Positions 11,133-21,267 are shown, numbered from the stretch's first letter. The stretch: DNA of 64,000 nucleotides from Bdellovibrionota bacterium (GCA_050950765.1 JBMNIF010000002.1:640001-704000); one strand, 5' to 3'. Numbers and translations are program-made. Notes: generated from the letters alone by a model not told the origin.

Positions 11133-12476
11133 TTACAAAAGAAAACTATCGTCGTCATCATCGTTATTTGAAATTGTAGGAGGATGTTTTTCAAAATACG
11201 TTGCAGCGAAGATAACGAGCACTCCGGTAGTGCCGAGGATAATCCACGGGAAGATAGAGCTTTCAGTGATTGCAAATTTCAGCTGGGAGAGAATGCCGAT
11301 AATGAAGAAGATAAGGCTGATAACCTCTAAAAACTTATCTTTTATAATATAGCCGTAACAAAATGTTGATAAAGCTATAACCATTAAAAGAGCTGCATGG
11401 TAGCTATCTACATATATCTGTATAGCTGATATTAGAAGTGCAAAGCAGGCGGCAGCTAAATAATACCCTTTTTTATTATGGAAAGAGAGTTTTCCAGCGA
11501 TGATTAATATTACAGAGACTGGCAGGAAGGTTATATCAGGTCTATACGCTTCTTCGATATTAAATGAATCTACCATATCTTTTCCGATAAGAAGCCACCC
11601 TGCGATGGCGCTACACGTTGCAAAAAATTGTAAGACGTTCGCACTGTGTGAATTGTTTTCTTTCTCTGAATAGGATGCTGCAAATAAGGCTAAAGCTAGT
11701 AATATAAAGGTTATTCCGATAACGATAGTCGATCTGTCATAAATGCAATATGTTCTAGCGATTAACAAAACAGCGGGAATGTAGAGCATAAGTCTAACAA
11801 GTCTACCTTCGAGAGACTTTACTTCTGACAAGATAGAGATCCGCTTAAAATCAAAAAATAAGACAGTGCAGAATAAAATAAAAGCTAAAGGTATTATAAC
11901 AGCGGCGCTCCGAAACGGAATTAAGAGAGTGCAGTTTGCAATAAAATATACCTTAGTTAAAAACAGAGCCTTTGAAGAGAAAAGTTTAGAAAGTGATATG
12001 TGGGCGAGGGGTGTTAAAACAAGAAGTCCCACAAGGGTTATTAAAATAGCTGATATGGCTGAATGTGCTTGCCACGTGAAAGCATTGATATATTTATCTG
12101 CTTGTAGGTGACCGAACTGTGAAAAAAGGAAACCTCCTAGTTGTGCAAAATGTACAGGAGCAAGGGCTGCTACAAGGAGATAAAGTGTTTTAGCGCCTTT
12201 CAGATCGTGTTTGCCGCAGATGTACCCGCAAAAAGTTAGGATGGCAGTGAAGCCGAGAAAAGAAAGGTACATCTGAATGTGAGAGTAGTTAGACCAGTCT
12301 TTTACCATAAAAATTATGGTAGAGATGATTATGATACAAGAACCGACCAGACGTAATATTCTAGGCAAGGTGTTTCGAGATGGGGTTTGTTCCGTATTAG
12401 GGGTTGAAGTACCTTCTGAATTATCATCTATTTTATGAAACGTTTTATAGTCCATAATCTCTCCTTCACAATACAT
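11133..12476 (-). CDS. polytopic membrane protein of unknown function (DUF2157-like)
   Basis: 447 aa with more than 12 hydrophobic segments and an acidic C-tail. Confidence 0.7.
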   Translation of the reverse strand: MYCEGEIMDYKTFHKIDDNSEGTSTPNTEQTPSRNTLPRILRLVGSCIIIISTIIFMVKDWSNYSHIQMYLSFLGFTAILTFCGYICGKHDLKGAKTLYLLVAALAPVHFAQLGGFLFSQFGHLQADKYINAFTWQAHSAISAILITLVGLLVLTPLAHISLSKLFSSKALFLTKVYFIANCTLLIPFRSAAVIIPLAFILFCTVLFFDFKRISILSEVKSLEGRLVRLMLYIPAVLLIARTYCIYDRSTIVIGITFILLALALFAASYSEKENNSHSANVLQFFATCSAIAGWLLIGKDMVDSFNIEEAYRPDITFLPVSVILIIAGKLSFHNKKGYYLAAACFALLISAIQIYVDSYHAALLMVIALSTFCYGYIIKDKFLEVISLIFFIIGILSQLKFAITESSIFPWIILGTTGVLVIFAATYFEKHPPTISNNDDDDDSFLL

Positions 12477-12825
12477 GTTACATTATCTCCGATGTCCTTA
12501 TCATATAAACCTTCAGATACGTATAGCTAAAAACATCTTAGGGGTGTTTTTTTTTGTATCTGCCTTTAAAAAATCCTTTTTTTACCTCCCTTAAATTCTG
12601 TAAATTATGGTTACGAGAGCGTCCCCTTTATATCCACAGAATTAAGCTCTATCTTCTTTTATAATAATGTAGGGGCTACGGGCTTTTCCACTTTATAAAC
12701 AGTACGTTGTATTTTTTACTCGTATATTTGGCACCTCTTTTTATAAAATAACTATAAATATAGGGGGGATATCTTATAAAAATTAGGCTTTGCGTTTTAC
12801 TTAAATATTTAGTACATTGTACGGT

Positions 12826-13611
12826 ATGCAGGACTCCAGACTTGATAGATATGATATTTTTGTAGCAGCTGCTATTATCGGTGCAGAGGTAGGGCACGCT
12901 GCTAACGGTTTTAGACACCGTGATGTTCTATTTATGATAGGGCTTTTTACGAATTGGGTTGAAACAACGATCGATGGCTCTCTCCTTGAAGTTCAAAACT
13001 CTCAAATTGCGCGTTATCTGAATACACTCATTACTGAAGGGGCTGCTAAAAAAATTAACAAGAAAGGGTATCCTAGATATAAATTAACAAGGACGGGGTT
13101 AGTTGAATTAATTACACGAGTGGTGCGACGTTCTTTTGTTTATCAACCGAGATGGTTCTTCTTTGCTTATTACTTTATAAAAAGCTATAGCGACCGAGTC
13201 CTTAAGATGATTGAAGGTGAGGGAAGGCAGTTGCCGACCGCCTTAAGGTTAGAGTGTGAAGAGCTCTTTGATACAAAAGCTTTAGTTAATAGAGAGATCG
13301 CCAGTGTAAAGAGAGAGCTAGCAACGTTAAAGGTTAGAATTGATGATTCTTTTTTTGCTGCAAAATTAGCTGAAGAGTTTATTCAAGCTAAACGACCTTT
13401 GAAAGACCTCGTTTCTGAGATCACACGACACGCTCCATACGATCTAGATAGTCAGAAACCACTTTCCGAACTAATAGCGGAGATACCAGCAGACTTACGT
13501 GAATGGGAGCTATCAGAAGGAAATGAAAGAAGAGCAAAATATATCTTCCAGCCGACGGAAGCCATGCTAAAAACCTACTTAACACAACTTGAAAATTTAA
13601 AAGTTAGTTGA
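12826..13611 (+). CDS. hypothetical protein, possible winged-helix regulator
   Basis: IARYLNTLITEG...PRYKLTRTG resembles a PadR/PaaX wing; divergent from the membrane-protein gene. Confidence 0.5.
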   Translation: MQDSRLDRYDIFVAAAIIGAEVGHAANGFRHRDVLFMIGLFTNWVETTIDGSLLEVQNSQIARYLNTLITEGAAKKINKKGYPRYKLTRTGLVELITRVVRRSFVYQPRWFFFAYYFIKSYSDRVLKMIEGEGRQLPTALRLECEELFDTKALVNREIASVKRELATLKVRIDDSFFAAKLAEEFIQAKRPLKDLVSEITRHAPYDLDSQKPLSELIAEIPADLREWELSEGNERRAKYIFQPTEAMLKTYLTQLENLKVS

Positions 13612-13701
13612 GTAAAGGACAAAAGGTAAAAGCCTCTTCCCTTCCTCCTCTTTATGGGTAATTTATTATTTTTTAGCTTTAAAAGATTAGGGGCTAAAAA
13701 A

Positions 13702-14295
13702 TTATTTTACTAGAGCAAAAGAGGTTGCAGAATTTTTCTCTCTGTAAGCATCGATCTTCTCCTCTTTTGAAAAGATATAATCAATGTCATCCAGTCCACT
13801 TAGAAGACAGTGCTTTCTAAAAGGATCGTAATCAAAGTGATGCTTAGTGCCATCTGGAAGAGTTACTCTTTGAGATTCTAGATCAACAGTCACGGTGTAC
13901 TCCTCTTCCTCTGCGCCGTCTAAGATCGTATCGACCACACACTCGGGAAGTGTTATTAGAAGCAAGCCGTTTTTTCCAGCATTCCCTGAAAAGATATCAG
14001 CAAAAGATTTTGCTATTACTACACGAATGCCCCAATCTGTTAATGCCCACACAGCGTGCTCTCTTGAAGATCCACAACCGAAATTGAGATCGGAAACAAG
14101 GATCTGGGCACCGTCATAACGTGCTTGGTTGAAGGAAAAAGCGGGGTCGTTTTCTTTTAAACGTTGGAAGAGCCTAACTCCGTGACCGCTACGTTCAACT
14201 GTTGTCATATAAGAGGCAGGATATAACATATCGGTATCAACGTCCTTAATACGGACAGGAACAACTTTGCTTGTGATGGTAGTAAACTTTTCCAT
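13702..14295 (-). CDS. leuD: 3-isopropylmalate dehydratase small subunit
   Basis: DVDTD, NFGCGSSREHA, SFADIF, CLLSGLDDI. Confidence 0.97.
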   Translation of the reverse strand: MEKFTTITSKVVPVRIKDVDTDMLYPASYMTTVERSGHGVRLFQRLKENDPAFSFNQARYDGAQILVSDLNFGCGSSREHAVWALTDWGIRVVIAKSFADIFSGNAGKNGLLLITLPECVVDTILDGAEEEEYTVTVDLESQRVTLPDGTKHHFDYDPFRKHCLLSGLDDIDYIFSKEEKIDAYREKNSATSFALVK

Positions 14296-14387
14296 AAAAT
14301 GACCTTAAAATACTGTGTTCTGATAAACTCTCAATTAACATAAAACACCGCAACGGTATAAAAACATTTAACGGCGCTTTACTTTGA

Positions 14388-15770
14388 TTAAGCAGTAATA
14401 CAACCTGCTAAGGCACTCTTTGCCACTGTGGCAGGGGAGGCTAGATGCGTTCTACTTCCTGCTCCCTGCCTCCCCCTAAAGTTTCTATTAGAGGAGCTGA
14501 TGGAACGTTTTCCAGCAGGCACTCTATCGTCATTCATCCCTAAGCAGAGTGAACAACCAGGCATCCTAAAATCAGCACCAGCTTCACGGAAGATCTGATC
14601 TAAACCTTCAGCGATAGCTTGATCTCTAACCTTTTCAGATCCAGGAACAACGTAAAAAGTTACATTCGGATGTACTTTTTTACCTTTTACGATCTGAGCT
14701 GCGATCCGTAAATCTTCAATTCTGCCGTTGGTACACGAGCCCACAAAAGCCCAATCAATGGCAACTCCTGCTAGAGATTGTCCGTGTTGTAAACCGATAT
14801 ATTCAAGCGCCTGTTCTGCCGCTAGCCTTTCACTTTGTGGAAGCTCTTCTACCGTTGGGATGTTTCCTGAGATCGGGATGGCTTGCCCAGGGCTTGTGCC
14901 CCAAGTAATCATCGGGGTGAGGTTATCAACATCAACGATCACTTCGCTATTATAACTACATCCGTTATCACTCTTAAATGTTTCCCAGTATTCAACAGCA
15001 CGCTCAAAATCTTGAGCTTGTGGTGCAAACGGAAGCCCTTTTAAATATTCATACGTCGTGGCATCAGGAGCGATTAGACCTGCTCTGGCACCACACTCAA
15101 TACTCATGTTGCAGATAGTCATACGTTCGTCCATGCGTAACTTACGAATGGCTTCTCCACAATACTCTATAACGTAACCTGTACCTCCTGCCGCACCGAT
15201 CTGTGCGATAAGTTGCAAAATAGCATCTTTGGCGTAAACGCCCTCTTTAAAAGATCCTTTAAATTCAACTTTCATAGTTTTCGGAGGTTGTTGTAAGAGA
15301 CAACCCGTTGCTAATACATTAGCCACTTCGGAGGTTCCGATACCGAAAGAGAGCGCACCAAAAGCACCGTGTGTCGAGGTGTGAGAGTCTCCGCAAACGA
15401 TAGTCATTCCAGGTTGAGTTACTCCAAACTCCGGAGCTACAACATGAATGACCCCTTGATTGTTGCCGTAATCACATAAGAAGATGCCGAAATCGTGACA
15501 ATTTTGACGCATCGTTTCTACCTGCTTACGTGCAGTTTCGTCATAGATCTCTTCACGGTTCTGCCGTGTCGGTACGCTGTGATCGAGGGTGCCTAAGATG
15601 CGGCGTGTATCAAAAGGCTTTAGCTTCTTTTCACGTAAGATCTCAAAAGCTTGCGGTGAAGTAACTTCGTGCATCAGTAGAAAATCAATAGCAAGCACAA
15701 CAGGGTGTCCCTCCTGCTGTGTTACGACATGAGCATCCCAAAGCTTTTCAATAATATTGCGTGATTTCAT
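14388..15770 (-). CDS. leuC: 3-isopropylmalate dehydratase large subunit
   Basis: HEVTSPQAF, CGDSHTSTHGAFG, GSCTNGRIEDLR, PGCSLCLGMN, SNRNFRGRQG. Confidence 0.98.
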   Translation of the reverse strand: MKSRNIIEKLWDAHVVTQQEGHPVVLAIDFLLMHEVTSPQAFEILREKKLKPFDTRRILGTLDHSVPTRQNREEIYDETARKQVETMRQNCHDFGIFLCDYGNNQGVIHVVAPEFGVTQPGMTIVCGDSHTSTHGAFGALSFGIGTSEVANVLATGCLLQQPPKTMKVEFKGSFKEGVYAKDAILQLIAQIGAAGGTGYVIEYCGEAIRKLRMDERMTICNMSIECGARAGLIAPDATTYEYLKGLPFAPQAQDFERAVEYWETFKSDNGCSYNSEVIVDVDNLTPMITWGTSPGQAIPISGNIPTVEELPQSERLAAEQALEYIGLQHGQSLAGVAIDWAFVGSCTNGRIEDLRIAAQIVKGKKVHPNVTFYVVPGSEKVRDQAIAEGLDQIFREAGADFRMPGCSLCLGMNDDRVPAGKRSISSSNRNFRGRQGAGSRTHLASPATVAKSALAGCITA

Positions 15771-15861
15771 CTTTTATCTTCTCCGATTTATTTCAGTAAC
15801 GGTTTTAACTTTCATATTCAGCGGTGTTGTAAACTTAAATATGACGTAGTTTGTACTACTA

Positions 15862-17448
15862 CTATCTTCTGAAGTTCATCTCTATATAAGCATGATTTAC
15901 AACATTTATTAAAGCCTTCATAGCTGATATCTCAATATCTTGATCTTCTCCCTGTGCCTGAAAACGTCGTCCATCTGCTATAAGAACGATCGTTGAAAGG
16001 CTTAAAGCGTGGATACTGGTGCCGACGGATTCGCTACTGTAAGAATCGATGGTGGTGTTCGGAAATTTTCTATCTATAAGGTGTTTTAGAACAGCTAAAG
16101 CTGAACTTTTCCCCTCCATAGATTCCTTAATCGTACCTGATTCATCAAAGAACTTTCCCGTTAGACAGATCTCAGATCTATTTTGTGTTTTTGAATAATC
16201 AAAGCTTGAAATATGGATGGGAGCGCGATACTTGAAATAAGCTTTCATTAACTCATTATCAGTGACTCCTTTGCGTCGTTCTTGATAGGTGTCCTTTATA
16301 AACTGTGCTATCTCGGATTTTTCAGAGTCGCTGCAAAGATAACCGTTATTTTCAATAATCGATTTAGCGTGATTGCCTCCGCTAAGTGGTCCGAAGATTA
16401 AACTAATCTCCTGCCCGATCTCATGCGGATCGTAAGGTTGATAAGCCAAAGGATTTTTTAAAACGGCATTGGTATGACCCCCTGAGGAGTGCTTGGCAGC
16501 GTTGTCTCCGCAGATCGGCCAATGCGCTTGACGTGGAAGCATATTTCTTGAGACGAAATCGGAGATCCCTTTAATGTGTTCCGTTTTTACAGTGGTAAAA
16601 AACGGATTGTCTTTATCAAAACAACCTCCGAAGTGTTTTATGATCATAATACACTGTTCAAGTGCAGCGTTTCCAGCACGCTCTCCGATACCATTAAAGC
16701 ACCCTTCAATCTGTCTAGCAGGGCCGTGAAAAACAGCGTTCAGAGTGTTGTCTACGGCTAAGCCGTAATCGTTATGACAGTGTGTTGACCAAGTGATCTC
16801 CTTGTCGGGAAACTCGGAACGGATAATCTGCGCATGACGGATCATTTTTTCTACGAAATACTCCTCTCCCTGTGCGCGATAGGCACCACCTATTGTATCA
16901 GGACAATTTATTACAGTAGCACCAGCAGAAACAGCAGCTCTAATCGAGTCTGTCACAAAATCAAAGTTATCCCCCATCCTTGAATACCCTTCAGGGCTGT
17001 ATTCTACCTCAAGTCCGGCTGCGACTGCTTGTTTGCAAAACTTTGCAAGGTCATCAAGTAGAGCCTCTTTATTGATACCGTGCCCCCCTAAAGATGCCGC
17101 CATCAACTCCGGATCTACCGGCAGATAGATGTGCATACGCCCCTTTTTTACTGCTGCTGCTTTTTCGAGTGATCGGATAGTTGTCTCAACTTGATGCTCC
17201 CGCATCTGGCAAAGTGCAGCTACGATCGGAGAGTCTTCTTCATGACATATCTCATCAACTACTGCTGTAACTATCTTATAATCCAAACTACTCGCTGATG
17301 GAAAACCTGCTTCAATAACATCTATGCCGCAGTTGGCGGCGACACGAGCGTATTGGAGGTTGTGTTCAAAATCCATTCCGGCTCCAGGGCACTGTTGTCC
17401 ATCACGCAACGTCGTATCAAAGATAATAACCCGTCTACTTTCGTCCAT
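15862..17448 (-). CDS. leuA: 2-isopropylmalate synthase
   Basis: IFDTTLRDGQQCPG, HCHNDYG, NGIGERAGNAALE; SD GGAGG upstream of the ATG at 17448; adjacent to leuCD. Confidence 0.93.
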   Translation of the reverse strand: MDESRRVIIFDTTLRDGQQCPGAGMDFEHNLQYARVAANCGIDVIEAGFPSASSLDYKIVTAVVDEICHEEDSPIVAALCQMREHQVETTIRSLEKAAAVKKGRMHIYLPVDPELMAASLGGHGINKEALLDDLAKFCKQAVAAGLEVEYSPEGYSRMGDNFDFVTDSIRAAVSAGATVINCPDTIGGAYRAQGEEYFVEKMIRHAQIIRSEFPDKEITWSTHCHNDYGLAVDNTLNAVFHGPARQIEGCFNGIGERAGNAALEQCIMIIKHFGGCFDKDNPFFTTVKTEHIKGISDFVSRNMLPRQAHWPICGDNAAKHSSGGHTNAVLKNPLAYQPYDPHEIGQEISLIFGPLSGGNHAKSIIENNGYLCSDSEKSEIAQFIKDTYQERRKGVTDNELMKAYFKYRAPIHISSFDYSKTQNRSEICLTGKFFDESGTIKESMEGKSSALAVLKHLIDRKFPNTTIDSYSSESVGTSIHALSLSTIVLIADGRRFQAQGEDQDIEISAMKALINVVNHAYIEMNFRR

Positions 17449-17489
17449 CTGATGTCTTGCCTCCAAAATATATAGTTAAAAATGAACAC

Positions 17490-17516
17490 AAAAAAACCTG
17501 CTCAAGAGGCAGGTTT
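17490..17516 (-). terminator. leu attenuator terminator hairpin
   Basis: Minus strand AAACCTGC-CTCTTGA-GCAGGTTT plus T-run, between the leader ORF and leuA. Confidence 0.85.
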
Positions 17517-17548
17517 ATAAAAGATAAAAACGGTTTTTACGCACCACC

Positions 17549-17626
17549 TCAGTTTAGATAAGCCCCCTTACCTAAAAGTAATAAGGACAACAAGGAGAGT
17601 ACGATTGCGATAAGGATGGTGCTCAT
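17549..17626 (-). CDS. leuL: leu operon leader peptide MSTILIAIVLSLLSLLLLGKGAYLN
   Basis: 25-codon ORF with 9 Leu (run LLSLLLL), 3 Ile and 1 Val, directly upstream of the terminator and leuA; TTGACA at 17662-17657. Confidence 0.88.
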   Translation of the reverse strand: MSTILIAIVLSLLSLLLLGKGAYLN

Positions 17627-17673
17627 AAGATTTAGATAATATCCGTAGAGGCAAGGTGTCAAGTCATTTTTAA

Positions 17674-17919
17674 CCAAAACTCCCCCTCCTTACGTATGTT
17701 AAGAGGTAGTCTCTTCCATTAATAAGACGTAACTCCTTTCTTTTATCTCGATATTTTATTGCCTAATTAAGGGGGATTTTTGTTTTTCTTTTTATACCTA
17801 AATACGTATATCAAGACAGCAAAAAAGTTACCCCCTTTTATCGTTAATTTTTAAAAGATTTCTATCGGTTATAACAATATTGCTACTTTATAGTTACGTA
17901 AATTACAGAAAAGTTTAGG
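17674..17919 (+). mobile_element. MITE-like element, copy A (246 bp)
   Basis: Reverse-complement match to 41754-42001; ends CCAAAAC...GTTTAGG; flanked on both sides by TTTTAA. Confidence 0.8.
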
Positions 17920-17944
17920 TTTTAAAATTCTCCTCCCTTTTTGA

Positions 17945-17971
17945 CAACAAAGAACCTCAACCGTCCGATTT
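17945..17971 (+). promoter_or_regulatory. putative sigma-28-like promoter
   Basis: CAAC-N15-TCCGAT; same spacing and CCGTCCGAT core as 29196-29222. Confidence 0.45.
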
Positions 17972-18038
17972 AATCACCATGTTTAAAAAAATATGGAGAT
18001 AAAGTTTTTAAAGTTTTTTTAAAAAAGGATGTACGATT

Positions 18039-19613
18039 ATGCAAAAAGATTTCTTTTCAAAAGCACAAATTTGCCCCGCACCACTTCATTCGGAGGGAGG
18101 GGATGATCTGGTAGCGGCTAAACGGCTTAGCAACTGCTCCACCCCTGAAGCGCGCGCTTTGGTAGCTTATCAAACCGCTAACCATTTAAAAATATTACCA
18201 CTAGCTATCTTAGATCTAAACGGTGCTACAAAAACGTTTACTGCGGCAGCAGCGCCTGTAATTGATGATTTTGAGCGGCTTAAGATGTTGAAGTTCTGCA
18301 CTAATATGCAGATTCGACTGATCCCCGTTGCAGCTACGATCTTAAAAGAAGCTATTTTTAAAGCTTATTTCGGTGATGATTCCACCTTAAGGGTGTGCGC
18401 CGAACAGGCGCAGGCTGCTGTAAAGGAGGAGCCGCACAGTGATTCTTTTGAAGTTGGAGAGCACGGTGAAGCTGCAACGTTTCTATCAGGGTTAATAGAG
18501 TACGGGGTCTCACATCAAGCTTCAGATATCCATTTTATCCCGACACAGGATGGTGCTCTTTTACGTCTTAGGATTGACGGCGAGTTAAGGGAGAATTGCC
18601 AAGCGGTTAATACGAAGAAGCTACATCAGCAACTCGTTTCGAGAATAAAGGTTTTAGCCAAATTACCTCTGGGCAAAACGTTTTCGCCACTTGATGGAGC
18701 CTTTAAGATAGAGATCGCTGAAAAGCGTATCTCAATACGGGTTAGTATTATGCCGACGATTCACGGAGAAAAAGCTGTTTTGCGTATTTTAGGACAGAGC
18801 AAGGTCGTGCGGCTGGAGCAACTTAATCTGAATGCGCGGATTCGCATAGCTCTGGAAGAGGCTGCACTAACGGGAGAGGGAGCTATTATCTTTTCGGGTC
18901 CGACAGGGAGCGGCAAAACGAGCTCTGCCTATGGTGTGTTGGCTTTGCTGCGTGATAAGGCTAAAAACATTATTACGATAGAAGACCCCGTTGAGATCAT
19001 GATGGATGGTATCTCGCAAACCTCTGTTTCTGAGATCTTGGGGCTAGGTTTTTCGGCAGGCTTAATCTCTGCTTTAAGGCAAGATCCGGATGTGGTGTTG
19101 CTTGGAGAGATTCGTGAAGCGGAAGTGGCGCAACTCGCTTTAAATATGGCGTTAACGGGGCATCTCTTACTATCTACCATTCACGCTCGAAGTGTACTTG
19201 ACATTCCGTTACGGTTATCGAACTTCGGAGTTGATAATGCTTTATTAGCGCAGAGCTTGACGTTACTCGTTTCACAACGGCTTTTACCGAGATTGTGTAA
19301 TCAGTGTAAAGTGCTGGATCTGACAGCATCAAATCACTACGGATTTGATGTTTATCAAGGGACGGGGTGTGCAGCTTGTGATTATTCTGGTTATGCTGGA
19401 CGTATTGTGGCAGTAGAGGCGCTTTCTATTGATGATGATATTCGAAGTGCTTTAGCAAATGGATTTGTAAGTGCTAAAGATTTAAAAAAAGTAACAACCT
19501 CACAAAATTATTTCCCGATGGCAGAAGACCTCCTTGCACTCTTGAAAGAAGGTAGCATTTCAGAAAAATCTTATCAGGAAAGAGCTGGACGGGTGCTGCA
19601 ATTTAAAAGGTAG
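18039..19613 (+). CDS. GspE/PilB-family secretion or pilus-assembly ATPase
   Basis: ASDIH, GPTGSGKT, TIEDPVE, LRQDPDVVLLGEIR, TGHLLLSTIHA, Zn-binding CNQC...CAAC. Confidence 0.93.
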   Translation: MQKDFFSKAQICPAPLHSEGGDDLVAAKRLSNCSTPEARALVAYQTANHLKILPLAILDLNGATKTFTAAAAPVIDDFERLKMLKFCTNMQIRLIPVAATILKEAIFKAYFGDDSTLRVCAEQAQAAVKEEPHSDSFEVGEHGEAATFLSGLIEYGVSHQASDIHFIPTQDGALLRLRIDGELRENCQAVNTKKLHQQLVSRIKVLAKLPLGKTFSPLDGAFKIEIAEKRISIRVSIMPTIHGEKAVLRILGQSKVVRLEQLNLNARIRIALEEAALTGEGAIIFSGPTGSGKTSSAYGVLALLRDKAKNIITIEDPVEIMMDGISQTSVSEILGLGFSAGLISALRQDPDVVLLGEIREAEVAQLALNMALTGHLLLSTIHARSVLDIPLRLSNFGVDNALLAQSLTLLVSQRLLPRLCNQCKVLDLTASNHYGFDVYQGTGCAACDYSGYAGRIVAVEALSIDDDIRSALANGFVSAKDLKKVTTSQNYFPMAEDLLALLKEGSISEKSYQERAGRVLQFKR

Positions 19614-19724
19614 GAGAGGGATATAATTAAAATGCCGCTTTTTTATGATAAGTAGTAAAGGAAAAAGGAGTTTTCTAGAATTTTTTAATTTATAGCGGGG
19701 TTGTTAAAAATCTGTCTAGTAAAG

Positions 19725-19760
19725 GAAAAAAAAGGAGCCTTTAAAAGACTCCTTTTTTTC
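19725..19760. terminator. bidirectional intrinsic terminator
   Basis: GAAAAAAAAGGAG...CTCCTTTTTTTC inverted repeat between convergent genes. Confidence 0.7.
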
Positions 19761-19867
19761 TCACAAATTTCTTTTCACAAATTCTTCTACGTAATATGTA
19801 ATTCATAAAGTTCAATTTTACCCGTTTTAATATCTTAAAGACGCGGGTAAGGGCGATCTCCCCGTAG

Positions 19868-20002
19868 TTATGCCACAACAATTACGTTTTCTTTTTGTGC
19901 TAATTTTTTTAAATTACGAGCTGTACGTTTTAGCCGTTTTACTGCCATTTTCTGACGCTTTTTATTGCGCTTACACTTTGTTACTTTTGCTAGAGAAGCC
20001 AT
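19868..20002 (-). CDS. 44-aa highly basic protein (not in ORF track)
   Basis: MASLAKVTKCKRNKKRQKMAVKRLKRTARNLKKLAQKENVIVVA; SD GGAGGT shortly upstream of the ATG. Confidence 0.75.
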   Translation of the reverse strand: MASLAKVTKCKRNKKRQKMAVKRLKRTARNLKKLAQKENVIVVA

Positions 20003-20194
20003 CTTTAATACCTCCGTTAGTCACTCACCTATAAATATATGAGCATTCCCTTCGTTGAAGAGCACGATATGCTACAAAAAGATTTTATAGCGGTCAACCT
20101 TCACCTATGTAAGTTTAAATACCTTAAAGTAAACAAGCGCAAGTCTTTGCTTTTATGGAGGATATTTTAAAGCGTTTTATTTTAAGCTACTGTG

Positions 20195-20968
20195 CTAGTT
20201 ACTTACTTGCCGTCTCTCTAAGGCCTGTTTTATCAGGTCGAGGTCTGCTGGAGTATTTACTCCTAAAAACTCCGTAGGGTCTTCGTGGAGTGAAGCAGCT
20301 ACGGTTTGTCCTTCTCTAGCCGCACGGTCTACTATATCTGTTAGGTAGTACTCCCCTTGAGCATTATCGTTTGTCAGCCCTGTTAAAGCGGGGGCTAAGA
20401 AGGCGGAGTCAACGGCATAGATACCCGTGTTTGCTTCCGTTAACTCTTTTTCCGTGTCGTTACAATCTTTAAACTCGACGATCTTTAAAACATATCCATC
20501 TTTATCTCGAACGATGCGACCGTAGGCGTTCTCTGCTGTGACACGCATCGAAATGAGTGAAACGGTGGCTTTACTGTCACTGTGAGTTTTAAGTAATGCT
20601 TTTAAACTTTGCGGGCGAATTAACGGAATATCACCACATAAAATTAGAACTGTTCCTGTAAAGTCTTGTAAAAAAGGTAGGGCAGACTTAGCAGCATCTC
20701 CCGTTCCACGCATCTCTTGCTGGACGGCAAAAGATATATTGTTTGAATATCTGCCTAACTTTACTCCTTGAGTGACAACCTCTTTTACTAACTCTCCTTT
20801 GTGTCCGATCACAACAACTGTTTTTTGGGGATGAAGGGAGTCAGCACAACTTAAAACGTGTTCAATTAAAGTCATGTCTCCAACTTTAGAGAGCACCTTC
20901 GGAGTAGCGCTCCCCATCCGTTTACCTAATCCTGCTGCTAAAATAATGATAGCTAAAGAGTCGTCCAT
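20195..20968 (-). CDS. GlmU-like sugar-phosphate nucleotidyltransferase, N-terminal domain only
   Basis: ILAAGLGKRM, PKVL, GTGDA, LCGDIPL, YGRIVR, IVEFKD, NAQGEYYLTD, GVN; no left-handed beta-helix domain. Confidence 0.88.
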   Translation of the reverse strand: MDDSLAIIILAAGLGKRMGSATPKVLSKVGDMTLIEHVLSCADSLHPQKTVVVIGHKGELVKEVVTQGVKLGRYSNNISFAVQQEMRGTGDAAKSALPFLQDFTGTVLILCGDIPLIRPQSLKALLKTHSDSKATVSLISMRVTAENAYGRIVRDKDGYVLKIVEFKDCNDTEKELTEANTGIYAVDSAFLAPALTGLTNDNAQGEYYLTDIVDRAAREGQTVAASLHEDPTEFLGVNTPADLDLIKQALERRQVSN

Positions 20969-21240
20969 AATTGCCAAAAATAAAAAAACAAAAATAATAT
21001 CGCCACCTAAGATCTACTTATATTAAAAGCGGTGTAAGATATTTTTAAGGAGTGTAATTTGTAAAGGTTTAACTATCAAGCAGCTACGAAAAATACACAC
21101 CCTCACCCCATCTAAAATCTTGTAGCGTATTTTAACTATTAAACCGTGAGAAGGGTAGAACTCTCTGTTTTGTTTAAAGGTAAAAAAGAGGGGGATGTGT
21201 AGTGGTTTTTACTATTTTTTCTAAAAAAAGCGCTGAGATC

Positions 21241-21267
21241 TAAAACTTATTGTAAAGATTCCGATAG
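21241..21267 (+). promoter_or_regulatory. putative sigma-28 promoter
   Basis: TAAA-N15-TCCGATAG versus consensus TAAA-N15-GCCGATAA. Confidence 0.5.
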
